Source: a virus
Lineage: Duplodnaviria; Heunggongvirae; Uroviricota; Caudoviricetes
DNA length: 64,000 nucleotides
Reading direction: 5' to 3' (one strand)
Virus record (IMG/VR): IMGVR_UViG_3300035522_000061
Coordinates: 1 to 64,000 of that record
The position numbers were made by a program, and so were the translations under genes. The notes below the pieces were generated by a model, which saw only the letters and a program-made list of their open reading frames with translations, did not search any database and was not told the origin of the DNA. Shown piece by piece: positions 47,452 to 57,878 of this stretch (positions are counted from its first letter, which is position 1; every line of letters starts with the position of its first letter).

Positions 47452-47961
47452 ATGACAACAGTAAATGTAATTAATATTTCAAATAATAATCTTCCTAAGT
47501 ATGAAACTTCTCAATCAGCTGGTATGGATGTACGTGCTGATTTTAGTAGAATAACTCCTCAAAATCCTATTAAGCTTTATGGGGAGGGAGAGATAATTTT
47601 TAAAGGAGATGCGCATAAAATGACTATGTTAAGACTAGAACCTGGTTCTAGAGCATTAATTCCAACTGGTTTATTTACTGCTATTCCCGAAGGTTATGAA
47701 ATACAAGTAAGACCTCGTTCTGGGCTATCTTTAAAAGAAGGACTCACGTGTGCTAACTGCGTGGGGACTGTGGACAGCGATTATCGTAGCGAAATAGGTG
47801 TTATATTAATAAATCTAGGTACTGAAACTGCTTGGATTGAAGACGGTGAAAGAATAGCACAATTTGTACTAAATAAAGTAGAACAAATTAATTGGAATCA
47901 AGTAGATTCTCTAGATGAAACTTCTCGTAAAGGAGGTTTTGGACATACTGGAACTAAGTAA
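47452..47961 (+). CDS. dut: dUTPase (trimeric dUTP diphosphatase)
   Basis: RPRSGL and GTVDSDYRSEIGVILINLG (GxxDxDYRG motif 3), with an Arg/Gly-rich C-terminal motif 5. Confidence 0.75.
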   Translation: MTTVNVINISNNNLPKYETSQSAGMDVRADFSRITPQNPIKLYGEGEIIFKGDAHKMTMLRLEPGSRALIPTGLFTAIPEGYEIQVRPRSGLSLKEGLTCANCVGTVDSDYRSEIGVILINLGTETAWIEDGERIAQFVLNKVEQINWNQVDSLDETSRKGGFGHTGTK

Positions 47962-47962
47962 T

Positions 47963-48166
47963 ATGACAGCAGAAGATTTCTTTTACCAATTTATACATTC
48001 TACTGGTCAACATTTTAATTCTAAAGATAAAGATTATATACTTGATACTATTAGTTTTTATCTTAGAGATGAAGATGTTGAAAATTATTTATTAGAATGT
48101 ATAATTGCTAACCATAATTTTAAGTATCATAAAGTAAATAAAAATATTAAAAGTTACGATTGGTGA
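47963..48166 (+). CDS. hypothetical protein
   Basis: Start set at the Met right after the dut stop; the track ORF begins at 47915. Confidence 0.4.
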   Translation: MTAEDFFYQFIHSTGQHFNSKDKDYILDTISFYLRDEDVENYLLECIIANHNFKYHKVNKNIKSYDW

Positions 48167-48465
48167 TAACTAAAGAAGAATTAAAAAGTTTACTAGAAAC
48201 ACATACAGAACTAGTAAATGAATTGGATAAAATTTCTGATACTCTTAATATCTGTATATATGAGAATAAAGCAGTAGATGCCGCTTTAAAAATATTTGAT
48301 AAAGCCTTAAAAGTAATATTTAATGATGAAGGTTTAGATACTTTATATTGGTGGCTTTATGAAAAGAAAGAAAATCCAGATCTAAAAATGTGGTGTGATG
48401 GAGAAGAATTACCTACAGAAACTATAGATGATATATGGGAATTAATAGAAGACTGTCGTAAATAA
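48160..48465 (+). CDS. hypothetical acidic protein
   Basis: 101-aa ORF. Confidence 0.4.
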   Translation: MVITKEELKSLLETHTELVNELDKISDTLNICIYENKAVDAALKIFDKALKVIFNDEGLDTLYWWLYEKKENPDLKMWCDGEELPTETIDDIWELIEDCRK

Positions 48466-49668
48466 ATGCTTAAGAAATATCTTTTAGGAAAATCTTCTAC
48501 TGGTAAATTCAGATATGCGGTAGTAGAATGTAGTGAGGAATGGGAAGATACTGGATATGTTATCCAAAGAAGCTATGGTCAGGTTCGGGGAAAGAATACT
48601 CTTTCCCCAGCCATTGTAGTTTCTCAAACTAAACAGAAAAGAAATTGGAAAGAACAATATACTTTACAATTTAATTCTGAAGTAAAGAAATTCTTGGATA
48701 AAGGATATAAAGAAGTAGAAAAACATCCTAACGAGTATACTGATGAAGAATTAAATGAAATATATGGAGATGTTAAAACTAGAGGAGATGGTATAATTAA
48801 GCCTATGCTAGCCAAGCAAGCAGATAAAGTGTCTGCCAAAACTTTTGATAAAGACTATTATGGGTCGCGAAAAGTAAATGGAGTTAGATGTTTAATTTAT
48901 TATAAAGATGGTAAAATTCAAACAGCTTCCAGAGGTGCTGTAAATTATAATATAGCTATTATTCATATTATTCAGCATCCTTTGGTAGAAGAATTCTTTA
49001 AAAATCATCCAGAAGCTATTTTAGATGGAGAAATCTTTAAAATGGGATACACTCTTAATAAAATTAGTGGTATATGTAGAAGCCAATCTACTGTAAATGA
49101 TGGTAAAGATTTAGAGTTTTATTGGTACGATATAGTCGATCTGGAGAAGCCTTTTACTGAAAGGTACAAACTTATGCAAGAGTGGTCAAAAGAGCTCCAG
49201 CTGTCTGAATTTGACCCATATAGGCATTATTCTGAGGACATACTGCATATCCAATTTTTACCACAAGTAGAAATTACAGGATATGATAATATGAAAAAAT
49301 TACATGATTCCTATGTAGCAGAAGGATGGGAGGGCTTAGTTATACGATTAGCTTCTTCTACTTATAAACCAGGAGCCAGAGGAAATGATTGGATCAAAAT
49401 AAAATGCTATTTTGATGATACTTATAAAGTTATAGGATATGAACTTGGTCTTAGAGGTTCTGAAGATATGGTATTTATTTGTGAAATGAAAGATGGTAAA
49501 ACTTTTAAAGCTTCTCCAATGGGATCTAGAGAAATTAAACAAGAATATGTAGATAATTTTGAAGAAAAATATAAAAATCAATTAGGAGATTGTAAATATT
49601 TTGAAATATCCCCATACGGTATTCCTCAGCAACCTAAATTTATAGCATTTCGTTGGGATTTAAACTAA
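48466..49668 (+). CDS. ATP-dependent DNA ligase
   Basis: Motif I KVNGVRCL (KxDG variant), EGLVIRL (motif IV) and DWIKIK (motif V). OB-fold C-terminus. Confidence 0.75.
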   Translation: MLKKYLLGKSSTGKFRYAVVECSEEWEDTGYVIQRSYGQVRGKNTLSPAIVVSQTKQKRNWKEQYTLQFNSEVKKFLDKGYKEVEKHPNEYTDEELNEIYGDVKTRGDGIIKPMLAKQADKVSAKTFDKDYYGSRKVNGVRCLIYYKDGKIQTASRGAVNYNIAIIHIIQHPLVEEFFKNHPEAILDGEIFKMGYTLNKISGICRSQSTVNDGKDLEFYWYDIVDLEKPFTERYKLMQEWSKELQLSEFDPYRHYSEDILHIQFLPQVEITGYDNMKKLHDSYVAEGWEGLVIRLASSTYKPGARGNDWIKIKCYFDDTYKVIGYELGLRGSEDMVFICEMKDGKTFKASPMGSREIKQEYVDNFEEKYKNQLGDCKYFEISPYGIPQQPKFIAFRWDLN

Positions 49669-49833
49669 TATTATTATTTATAAAAATTTTATTTGATGGA
49701 TAATTAAAAATTCAATATCTTTACACATGAAGAGTAATAATGTATTAAATAAAATATTATGAATAAAGAAGAAAAATTAGTTAAATTTTTGTAGAAGGCT
49801 AATGAAAAGTTTCCACAATTTGATTATTCAAAA

Positions 49834-50562
49834 GTGGAGCCTTTTTCAAATCAGGAAAAAAATTATGTTACGATTGTTTGTAAAGATCATGGTGAGTTTA
49901 GAACTACCCCAAGAACATTTTTAGATGGAAAATATGGATGTCCTACCTGTGCTAGATTTTTAAAAGGGAGAAATAGTAAAAGTGATTTAAATAATATTGT
50001 TACAAATTCTTTACCAGATATGTTAATTATTGAATCTCCCATAATTGTATTAAAAGAAAAAATTATAGGAACAGTTTACTGTTTTATAAATACTATTAAT
50101 AATAAATTATATATAGGAGAAACAGTAAAATCTAATTATGAGGAACGTTTCAGTGAGCATAGAAATAAAGCAGAAAAAGGTAATAATTATTTTTACAAAG
50201 CTATAAGAAAGTATGGCTGGGATAAATTTGATAAAGTAATATTGTTTCAAACAGACGTTCTAGATAATACGCCGGAGAACAAAAAATTATTGAATGATAT
50301 TGTTAACGAAAAAGAAATATATTATATTAATAAATATAAAACTTCTGATCATAAATTTGGTTATAATTTAACTAATGGAGGTGATGGAATTGTTGGCTAT
50401 AAGCATTCAGAAAAAACTCTAAAAACTTTATCAGAAACTCATTCTGGAGAAAAACATTGGAAATATGGCAAAAATAATTATGGAGGTTGCGCAATTTTAC
50501 AATTTGATCTTGATTTTAATTTAATTAAAGAATGGGACAGTATGAAAGAAATAGAGCGTTAG
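49834..50562 (+). CDS. GIY-YIG homing endonuclease (N-terminal part)
   Basis: VYCFINTINNKLYIGETV...YEERFSEHRN is a GIY-YIG module. C-terminal NUMOD-like repeats. Ends at an in-frame TAG immediately before the next ORF. Confidence 0.6.
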   Translation: MEPFSNQEKNYVTIVCKDHGEFRTTPRTFLDGKYGCPTCARFLKGRNSKSDLNNIVTNSLPDMLIIESPIIVLKEKIIGTVYCFINTINNKLYIGETVKSNYEERFSEHRNKAEKGNNYFYKAIRKYGWDKFDKVILFQTDVLDNTPENKKLLNDIVNEKEIYYINKYKTSDHKFGYNLTNGGDGIVGYKHSEKTLKTLSETHSGEKHWKYGKNNYGGCAILQFDLDFNLIKEWDSMKEIER

Positions 50563-50952
50563 ATGGATTATAAAAGTAATAATATATCTAGATGTTGTAA
50601 TAATAAAATAGATACTTATAAAGGTTACATATGGGTTAAGAAAGATTTATATTATGAAGGGTACCTACAAAAATATAAATCTAGGGCAAAATGTAAATCA
50701 AATGATAAATCCGTATTGCAATACGATTTTCTCGGAAATTTTATATCTAAATATATTAGTTGTGCTGAAGCCGGAAAAGCACTTGGTAAAATTACAGTAA
50801 GTAGTGCTGCCTCAGGTAGAGATGCTCAATTATATGGTTACATTTGGATATACGAAACAGATTTTTCAGAAAAATTACTCACCGAAAAATTAGAAAAAGT
50901 AAAAAGTACTAAAAAATATAAAACCTTTATGGAACAGATTAATAATTGTTAA
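50563..50952 (+). CDS. homing-endonuclease DNA-binding repeats (probable C-terminal continuation of 49834..50562)
   Basis: Repeats KGYIWVKKD and YGYIWIYETDF resemble NUMOD/IENR modules of GIY-YIG enzymes. Starts 1 nt after the upstream TAG. Confidence 0.45.
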   Translation: MDYKSNNISRCCNNKIDTYKGYIWVKKDLYYEGYLQKYKSRAKCKSNDKSVLQYDFLGNFISKYISCAEAGKALGKITVSSAASGRDAQLYGYIWIYETDFSEKLLTEKLEKVKSTKKYKTFMEQINNC

Positions 50953-50968
50953 ATAGCCATTAGAGACT

Positions 50969-51226
50969 ATGAATGAGATTTTAATAAAGAAATATGAAAA
51001 GTTAATTGACAATTTAAATTTAGAAAAAGTAGTTCTGGCAAGTGCTCTTGAAAATAATAATATTATTACTTTAAATATTATGGGAGGATTGCACGGAAAA
51101 GGAACTTGGACACTGTATATTAAACAGTTAGAGACTATTATTAAAAAGTTTGATAATTCATATGTCATTTCTTTAGATTACGATGAAGAAATTGATATAT
51201 GGAATTTAATTTTAGGTATTAAATGA
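50969..51226 (+). CDS. hypothetical protein
   Basis: 85-aa ORF. Confidence 0.4.
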   Translation: MNEILIKKYEKLIDNLNLEKVVLASALENNNIITLNIMGGLHGKGTWTLYIKQLETIIKKFDNSYVISLDYDEEIDIWNLILGIK

Positions 51227-51525
51227 TAATTCCTAGTAAATTTATTATACATGGGCACACTGTTACTGTAAATATAGTAGAGTTTTGTGATGACCCAGGT
51301 GAATTTGGGTGCTATAATTCAGTTCTAGAGGAAATTACAATTGCTACTAAAGTACTTGAAGGTACTAAGGCGATAGAACTTAAACAATATCAAATAGAGC
51401 ATACATTCGTTCACGAACTTCTGCATTGCTTTCAATTTCATATAAGAGGTTCCTACGATGAAAGCGAAGCTCAATCTTATGCTGGATTATTTTTAGAATT
51501 TTTAAATACCAAAGAAAATGTTTGA
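51223..51525 (+). CDS. hypothetical protein with HExxH motif (possible small zinc metallopeptidase fold)
   Basis: FVHELLHCFQFH motif. Confidence 0.3.
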   Translation: MIIPSKFIIHGHTVTVNIVEFCDDPGEFGCYNSVLEEITIATKVLEGTKAIELKQYQIEHTFVHELLHCFQFHIRGSYDESEAQSYAGLFLEFLNTKENV

Positions 51526-52036
51526 TTTTGCACAAGCTTATACCCATCTTTTATGGGGTCATAGAGTATCTCTGACTTTAAATAATATTAAAAGAATATA
51601 TTATCGTACAGCAGATGGAGATATTATGTGTATTCCTAATAATAAAAAACATTTAGAATATAAAGTAAAATCTTTTAAAATTGATGCCATATCTTCTTAT
51701 GAATGGGATCTGGAGAAAGATAATAAATTTCTTATTACTACTAAATTGAATGGAGATGATCGATTTAGTCTGCATTATGCCGGATTTTCGGATTCGGAAA
51801 TGACCGAAGAAGAACTTACTGATAAATTAAATCTTTACCCAGACGAATTTTTAGAAGACTCTCATGAAGAATATGAAATGTATGAAGATTTAGAAGATGA
51901 CGATTACGGAGTTGATATTATTGTTACCAAATTAACTCCTCAAGAATTAGAGGATTGCGATTATATGACTTGGTTTGATCATTTAAGTGCTTACGATCTG
52001 GATAACTTAACTTTTATAAGAGTTAATATTGGATAA
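51518..52036 (+). CDS. hypothetical acidic protein
   Basis: 172 aa with a Glu/Asp-rich middle region. Confidence 0.4.
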   Translation: MFDFAQAYTHLLWGHRVSLTLNNIKRIYYRTADGDIMCIPNNKKHLEYKVKSFKIDAISSYEWDLEKDNKFLITTKLNGDDRFSLHYAGFSDSEMTEEELTDKLNLYPDEFLEDSHEEYEMYEDLEDDDYGVDIIVTKLTPQELEDCDYMTWFDHLSAYDLDNLTFIRVNIG

Positions 52037-52220
52037 ACATGAAGAAAAAGAATTTTGTAACATTACAAAAGCATCGACAAGTTAAGAAACATTTAAAAAG
52101 AAAACAAGTAAATTCGATAAAATCAATAATGAATAATTTAGATTTTATTATGGCACAATATTCATTGAAAAATGTTCTTTCGTATTAAACCCAGACTCAC
52201 TTATTTAAATTTCTGGTAAA

Positions 52221-53078
52221 ATGAAGAGCTTTAAAATTTCACAATTAATAACTGATAGACAAGATGCATCCTTGGGATTATATTTCAAGGATGTATCTAA
52301 GCAGTCTATGATAAATGCAGATAAAGAAGTAAGTCTTGCCAAACGTATAAAGCAAGGAGATAAGGAGGCTTTACAGGAATTAGTAAATGCCAATTTAAGA
52401 TTTGCAATTTCAGTTGCCAAACAATATCAAAATAAAGGACTACCTTTAGTAGATTTAATACAAGAGGCTAATATTGGTTTAATAAAAGCAGCCCAAAGTT
52501 ATGATGAAACTAGAGGATTTAGATTTATTTCTTATGCGGTTTGGTGGATAAGACAATCTATTATGCACGCTATATCGGATCAATGTAGAACAATACGTGT
52601 TCCGATGAATCAAATTGCTAATGTTAATAAAATAAATAAAGTAACTGCTAAATTTGAACAAGAGCATATTAGAAAACCCTCTCCAGAAGAATTAGAGGAC
52701 TTGCTAGATATTCCTGTTTATGATATTAATTTGGCAACAGCATCTTTTAATAGGTCTGTATCATTAGATACTCCTTTTAGTATGGATGAAGACGCAGGAA
52801 GTCTAGTAGATATTATTCCTAATGAAAATGCAGAATCTACAGATTCCTCTTTAATAAAAGACGGAATATCTAAAGAATTGGAAGTAGTTTTATCTAAATT
52901 ATCTTATAGAGAGCGAGATGTTCTTAGAATGTCTTATGGTTTAGGTATGCAAGCTATGCAACATGAAGAAATAGCTAGTAGATTTGGTATAGGATGTGAA
53001 AGAGTTCGTCAAATTCAACATGAAGCTATTAAAAAAATTAGAGATAGATATAGTGATTTATTAAAAGAATTATTATGA
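52221..53078 (+). CDS. sigma-70 family RNA polymerase sigma factor (regions 1.2, 2, 3 and 4)
   Basis: DLIQEANIGLIKA...FISYAVWWIRQSI (regions 2.2-2.4). Region 4 RMSYGL...EEIASRFGIGCERVRQIQHEAIKKIR. Confidence 0.8.
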   Translation: MKSFKISQLITDRQDASLGLYFKDVSKQSMINADKEVSLAKRIKQGDKEALQELVNANLRFAISVAKQYQNKGLPLVDLIQEANIGLIKAAQSYDETRGFRFISYAVWWIRQSIMHAISDQCRTIRVPMNQIANVNKINKVTAKFEQEHIRKPSPEELEDLLDIPVYDINLATASFNRSVSLDTPFSMDEDAGSLVDIIPNENAESTDSSLIKDGISKELEVVLSKLSYRERDVLRMSYGLGMQAMQHEEIASRFGIGCERVRQIQHEAIKKIRDRYSDLLKELL

Positions 53079-53154
53079 TTAAAACTATATTAGCATTCCG
53101 AGAATCCCGAGGAAGAGAAATCGAAACTGCACCTTTAGAAGTATTTCAATTAAA

Positions 53155-54444
53155 ATGATTTATTTAGTAAGTAAAGATAAAAAACTATATTCTCCAGAAA
53201 GATATAGAGAAGTAGACTTTAAGGAGGCTATGGATATTTTATATCCTTTAAAAGAGGTACAATTAGATACAGAAACTAAAGGATTAGATTGTTTTACGAA
53301 GGAATTACTTACTTTGCAATTAGGGTGTACTGAAAATCAAGTTGTATTTGATTGGAGAACTATAAGTCCTTCTGAAAAGTCTATTTTAAAAGAATATCTA
53401 GAGTCTGATAGAGTGTTCTTGGGGCATAATATAATGTTTGATTTAACCTTTTTATATAAACAAAATATTTGGCCCAATCATGTTTATGATACTATGGTAG
53501 TAGAACAATTAATATATTTAGGGTATCCTAGAGTATTAGCTACCGAAATAGTACAGACATATGGAATTAAACCTTCTTGTTATGAATATATTGCTCCCGA
53601 CGAAAAAACTAAAGAACATTGGGAATTATCTTATTCTTTACGAGCTACTGCAAAAAGAAGACTTGGAGTAGATATTGACAAAACTGTTCGAGGAAAAATT
53701 ATAAATGAAGGTTTAACAGAAGATGTTGTAGTATATGCTGCTGGGGATGTAATGTGGCTAGAGCCTATAAAAGAAAAGCAACTAGAAGAATTATCTACTC
53801 AAGATCTTTTAAAGGCTGCAGAATTTGAATGTGAATTTATTAAATTTTTAGCATATGTAAAATTCTGTGGAGTTCATTTGGATATTTCTAAATGGAAAGA
53901 AAAAATGAAAAATGATCAAGCTTCTTTAAGAGAAGCTGAGTCACAATTAAATAAATTTGTTATAGATTTAGATGCTAAAGAATATTTATATAGATATGCT
54001 AAAAATAAAAAAGAAAAAGAAAAATTAGTAGCATTAGGATTTATTCGATTTCCCGAAAAAGATGATTCTATGGAGTGTTACAGATATAAAATAAAAGGAA
54101 AATTTGTATCTATAAATTTACAATTATCCTTATTTGAAGAATGTAATGACATAGGGCCACAATGCACTATAAATTGGAGTAGTTCTACTCAAGTTATAAA
54201 ATTATTTGAACTTCTTGGGATACAAGTTACAACTTTTGATAAAAAGACTAAAAAAGAAAAGAAGTCCATTAATGCTACGTTAATTAGTTCTCAAGTTGAT
54301 AAATTTCCTATTCTTGCTATATTTTTAAAGTATCAAGCCGCCTCAAAAGTTGTATCTACTTATGGTCAAAACTGGTTAGACGCTATTAATCCAGTAACTG
54401 GAAGAATTCATGTTGATCTACATTCTATTGGAACAGATACAGGT
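53155..54444 (+). CDS. family A DNA polymerase, exon 1 (3'-5' exonuclease plus N-terminal polymerase part)
   Basis: Exo I QLDTETKGLD, Exo II HNIMFDL and Exo III YAAGDV. Ends ...VTGRIHVDLHSIGTDTG. The track ORF stops at 54459. Confidence 0.7.
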
Positions 54445-55515
54445 GAAAAATTTCCATAAATTACAATTTTTCTATTAATTTTATTTCTAAGGTATTAACT
54501 ATTTTAATCTGTCCTAAATAATTATTATATTTGCATATAATAAATTTAAATTAAATATATGTATTATGATTAAAAAATGGACTGAGTAGGAAATAGAAAA
54601 TTTAGTATCTGAGTATAACTCAGGTAAAGATACTGGAGAATTAGCAGTTATGTTTAATTGTTCTAAGTATCAAATTAGAAATAAATTAAAAGATAAGGGG
54701 ATTGTTTTAAGAAAAACTGCCCTTAATCGAACTTATAAATCGAAAGCTATTGTTCCGTTACAAGCATGGACAGATAAAATAGGCAGTCCAGAATTTGACT
54801 ATTTTATTGGAATACTAGCCTCGGATGGTTGTATTGTTGATACTTGTACAGCTTTAGAAGTTAAAGATTTAGAATTAATAGAAAATTATAATAAATTTTT
54901 AGGTTTTCGATGTAATATTAATTCAAGAAAATCTAAAGTTAATGGCAATGTCTATTATAATATTAAGTATAAAAATAAAGAAATAGTTAACTTTTTATCT
55001 GAATATGGTATAGTGCCAAGAAAATCTAACATACTAATGCTTCCATATATAAATTGGAATATATTATTAGGAATTTTTGATGGAGATGGTAGTATTACTA
55101 AAGATAAAAGATATGAGTGCTGTTTTAAATTTACTATTACTTCTGGAAGTATTAATTTTATTAATCAAGTTAAGAAGTTTTTAGAAAAAGAGAATATCTC
55201 TCCAAATATACAAGAATATAATACAGATAGTGGACATTGGTATAATATATATGTAACTAAAGGTGAACATATATATAAAATATATTGTAATTTATATAAA
55301 GACTCCTCTTTCTTTCTGTCTAGAAAGAAAGAAAAATTCGGCCCCTTAGTAGAGAAATTTGCTAAGTGTAACTCCGTAAATTCAGTTAATGGGAGGGAAA
55401 ACCAGAAGACTGAGCCAAGCCTTAATATTGAGGAAGGTGCAGAGACTAGAAACGGAGAACCTAAGTAATAAGTAATTGTTATAAGGTTGAGGTATAGTCC
55501 GGCATGGAAATGTTG
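54445..55515 (+). mobile_element. putative group I intron with LAGLIDADG homing endonuclease splitting the DNA polymerase gene
   Basis: Splicing after ...GATACAGGT (U at -1) to CGAGTATCTAGT... (intron ends in G) yields GTDTG|RVSSGGG..NLP, restoring the Pol I TGR(L)SS...QNIP motif. Confidence 0.5.
54650..55468 (+). CDS. LAGLIDADG homing endonuclease
   Basis: IGILASDGCI and LGIFDGDGSI motifs. Confidence 0.7.
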   Translation: MFNCSKYQIRNKLKDKGIVLRKTALNRTYKSKAIVPLQAWTDKIGSPEFDYFIGILASDGCIVDTCTALEVKDLELIENYNKFLGFRCNINSRKSKVNGNVYYNIKYKNKEIVNFLSEYGIVPRKSNILMLPYINWNILLGIFDGDGSITKDKRYECCFKFTITSGSINFINQVKKFLEKENISPNIQEYNTDSGHWYNIYVTKGEHIYKIYCNLYKDSSFFLSRKKEKFGPLVEKFAKCNSVNSVNGRENQKTEPSLNIEEGAETRNGEPK

Positions 55516-56448
55516 CGAGTATCTAGTGGTGGTGGTCAGTATAAATTAAACCAACAGAATTTACCACATGATAAAATAACTAGAGCATGTTTTACTTCAG
55601 AAAAAGGTAATAAATGGATTTCTTGTGATTACCAAAGTCAAGAAAGTAGAATTATTGCATCTGTTTCTAAAGATAAAGCTATGGTAGAATTATTTGAATC
55701 TGGATGTGGAGATGTTCATAGTTTGGTTGCCTATATGTCTTATCCTAATATAATTCCCAGAGACACTAAAATAGAAGATATAAATGAACTATATCACGAT
55801 CAAAGACAGGATGCAAAAGGAATTGAGTTTTCAGTTAATTATGGCGGGGATGCTAAAACTATAGCTAATAATAAAGGTATTCCGTTGCGAGCTGCAGAAA
55901 AGATATATTCTGATTTTATGAGGGGTTTTCCAGGAGTAGCTCAATATCAAGAGTATTGTAGGCAAAATGTAATGGAAAAAGGATATATCTTAATGAACTC
56001 TATACTAAAGCATAGAGCCCATATTTATGATGCAGATTGGATTATACAAATGCATGAGAAATGTAAAGATCCTGAATATTGGCAATATTATCAAGAAATG
56101 AAAATAGAATCTCCACATTGTGACACTGTTAGAAATGTTAGTCATTATCTTAGTCGGAAATCAGACTGTGAAAAGCAATCCATAAACTACAGAATACAAA
56201 ATCGTGGGGCCTGCGCTTTCAAATTATCTGCAATTAAACTATTTAATTGGATAAAAGATAATAATTTACTTAATGTAGTCAAAATATGTGTAGTAGCACA
56301 TGATGAATTTAATCTAGAGTGCCCAGAAGATATGGCAGAATATATTGGAGATATATTAGTCAAATGTATGATTGCAGGAGGAAAACCTTTTTGTCCGAAT
56401 GTATTTTTAGGAGCTGATAAAACTATAAGTGATCACTGGATTCATTAA
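55516..56448 (+). CDS. family A DNA polymerase, exon 2 (palm and fingers: motifs A, B and C)
   Basis: Motif A DYQSQESRI, motif B RQDAKGIEFSVNYGG and motif C VVAHDEF. The track ORF starts at 55504. Confidence 0.7.
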   Translation, partial: RVSSGGGQYKLNQQNLPHDKITRACFTSEKGNKWISCDYQSQESRIIASVSKDKAMVELFESGCGDVHSLVAYMSYPNIIPRDTKIEDINELYHDQRQDAKGIEFSVNYGGDAKTIANNKGIPLRAAEKIYSDFMRGFPGVAQYQEYCRQNVMEKGYILMNSILKHRAHIYDADWIIQMHEKCKDPEYWQYYQEMKIESPHCDTVRNVSHYLSRKSDCEKQSINYRIQNRGACAFKLSAIKLFNWIKDNNLLNVVKICVVAHDEFNLECPEDMAEYIGDILVKCMIAGGKPFCPNVFLGADKTISDHWIH

Positions 56449-56683
56449 AAATTTATGTTAGCAAATCTTTTAATTATCTTTTTTATTATTATATTTATAA
56501 GTAGTATAATATTTTGGTTGATAATAATTTTCAGTAATATATGGTAGGATTGTTATCCGGGTATATAATCGTAGCTTTACTTATAACGGGAGATCTTCTT
56601 TATAGTATATATAAAGGAGAATATCTTCAGTCTATAGGAACTTTCATTACAATATTAGTTTTATATATTTTAATAATTTTAAT

Positions 56684-57235
56684 GTGCTTAACATGAAATA
56701 TACAATTGATAATCATACTTATGAAATAGATTTTAAACGCTGGGGAAATTCACTTTTCTCCTATATAAAGAATGGTTTATTTTTTAGTAGAAATATTTTA
56801 TCCATACTTATTAGTCATCCTACTGTATTCTACCTTGAAGAGCGTTCTGGATTTAAATTCAGTGTTTTATCTTTTATAGAAAGACTTGGATATAAGGATT
56901 CTCCTTATGAGGCTATCCTACAGGAATGGTATAAGGATTTTGAATTATACTTAGAAAATGAAATTCTAGATCGCACTAAAATTAAAATTGGCGATACAGT
57001 AGTTGTAAAACCTATACATAGTAGTGATACGTTTGATTACATAGGTAAAGTTACTAAAGTAGATTCTGAATCTAACTCGGTGCAAGTTGAAACCGCTTGG
57101 AATGAAATTGGAGAGGGTCAGATGCTCTATTTATGGTATAATGTAGAAAGACTTCAAAAAATTCCTAAATATTGGACTAGAGAAGATATTATATTTAATA
57201 ATGTAAAAAATATAGAGACTGAAAATGGCTACTAA
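56684..57235 (+). CDS. hypothetical protein
   Basis: 183-aa ORF. Confidence 0.45.
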   Translation: MLNMKYTIDNHTYEIDFKRWGNSLFSYIKNGLFFSRNILSILISHPTVFYLEERSGFKFSVLSFIERLGYKDSPYEAILQEWYKDFELYLENEILDRTKIKIGDTVVVKPIHSSDTFDYIGKVTKVDSESNSVQVETAWNEIGEGQMLYLWYNVERLQKIPKYWTREDIIFNNVKNIETENGY

Positions 57236-57878
57236 TAAGCAATGGGCAGAATTAGAGGTAATTAAAGCTATTACATATAATAAATCAACTGATGCACATG
57301 CAGAAGATATTTATAAAATGGTTTTAAACGCATATGAAGAAATAACCGATAGCTTTATAATCGGCCCTTCTAGTTTTACAAAAGTTAGAATGGTTAATAT
57401 ATTGCGGCGGCTATTACTGCATTTACCATTAAGCCCTATTACAGAATCGGATTTTTGTGAGGATGATAAATTTATATCTCCTAGAGATGGTATAAAGTTT
57501 GAAACTCCCTGCATTAGAGATTATCCCGTAACTAAATATGAGTATGAGGATGGTACTATAGAATACGAAGATTTTAAAAGAGCTATTTGTGTAAATATAT
57601 CATATCCTGAAATAGAAGAACCTATAAATTCAGTATTTAGGGATTGGTTAAATAAAAACTTTCCAATAACTTTACCCTATTTACCAAAGGTTGAAAAGTA
57701 TAGACTTTATATTCAAAAGTTTGATTATGCTGGTAAAGAATATGAACGAATATGTAGAATTATTACTCCAGAATTTGAATTAATCACCCCAGATTATGTG
57801 TGTAGTGCACGGGATTATCTGGGACATATGGAAAGAATATCTAAATTTGATTTCTTAGAGGCTTGGCGCAAATCTTAA
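57225..57878 (+). CDS. hypothetical protein
   Basis: 217-aa ORF. Confidence 0.45.
   Translation: MATNKQWAELEVIKAITYNKSTDAHAEDIYKMVLNAYEEITDSFIIGPSSFTKVRMVNILRRLLLHLPLSPITESDFCEDDKFISPRDGIKFETPCIRDYPVTKYEYEDGTIEYEDFKRAICVNISYPEIEEPINSVFRDWLNKNFPITLPYLPKVEKYRLYIQKFDYAGKEYERICRIITPEFELITPDYVCSARDYLGHMERISKFDFLEAWRKS

Noticed and set aside
54445-55515. Intein interpretation of the insertions splitting DNA polymerase, phosphatase and the phosphoesterase
   Set aside because: The LAGLIDADG ORFs have their own start and stop codons, are out of frame with the host genes, and are flanked by untranslated sequence. Inteins are in-frame fusions. The U/G splice-junction signatures favour group I introns.
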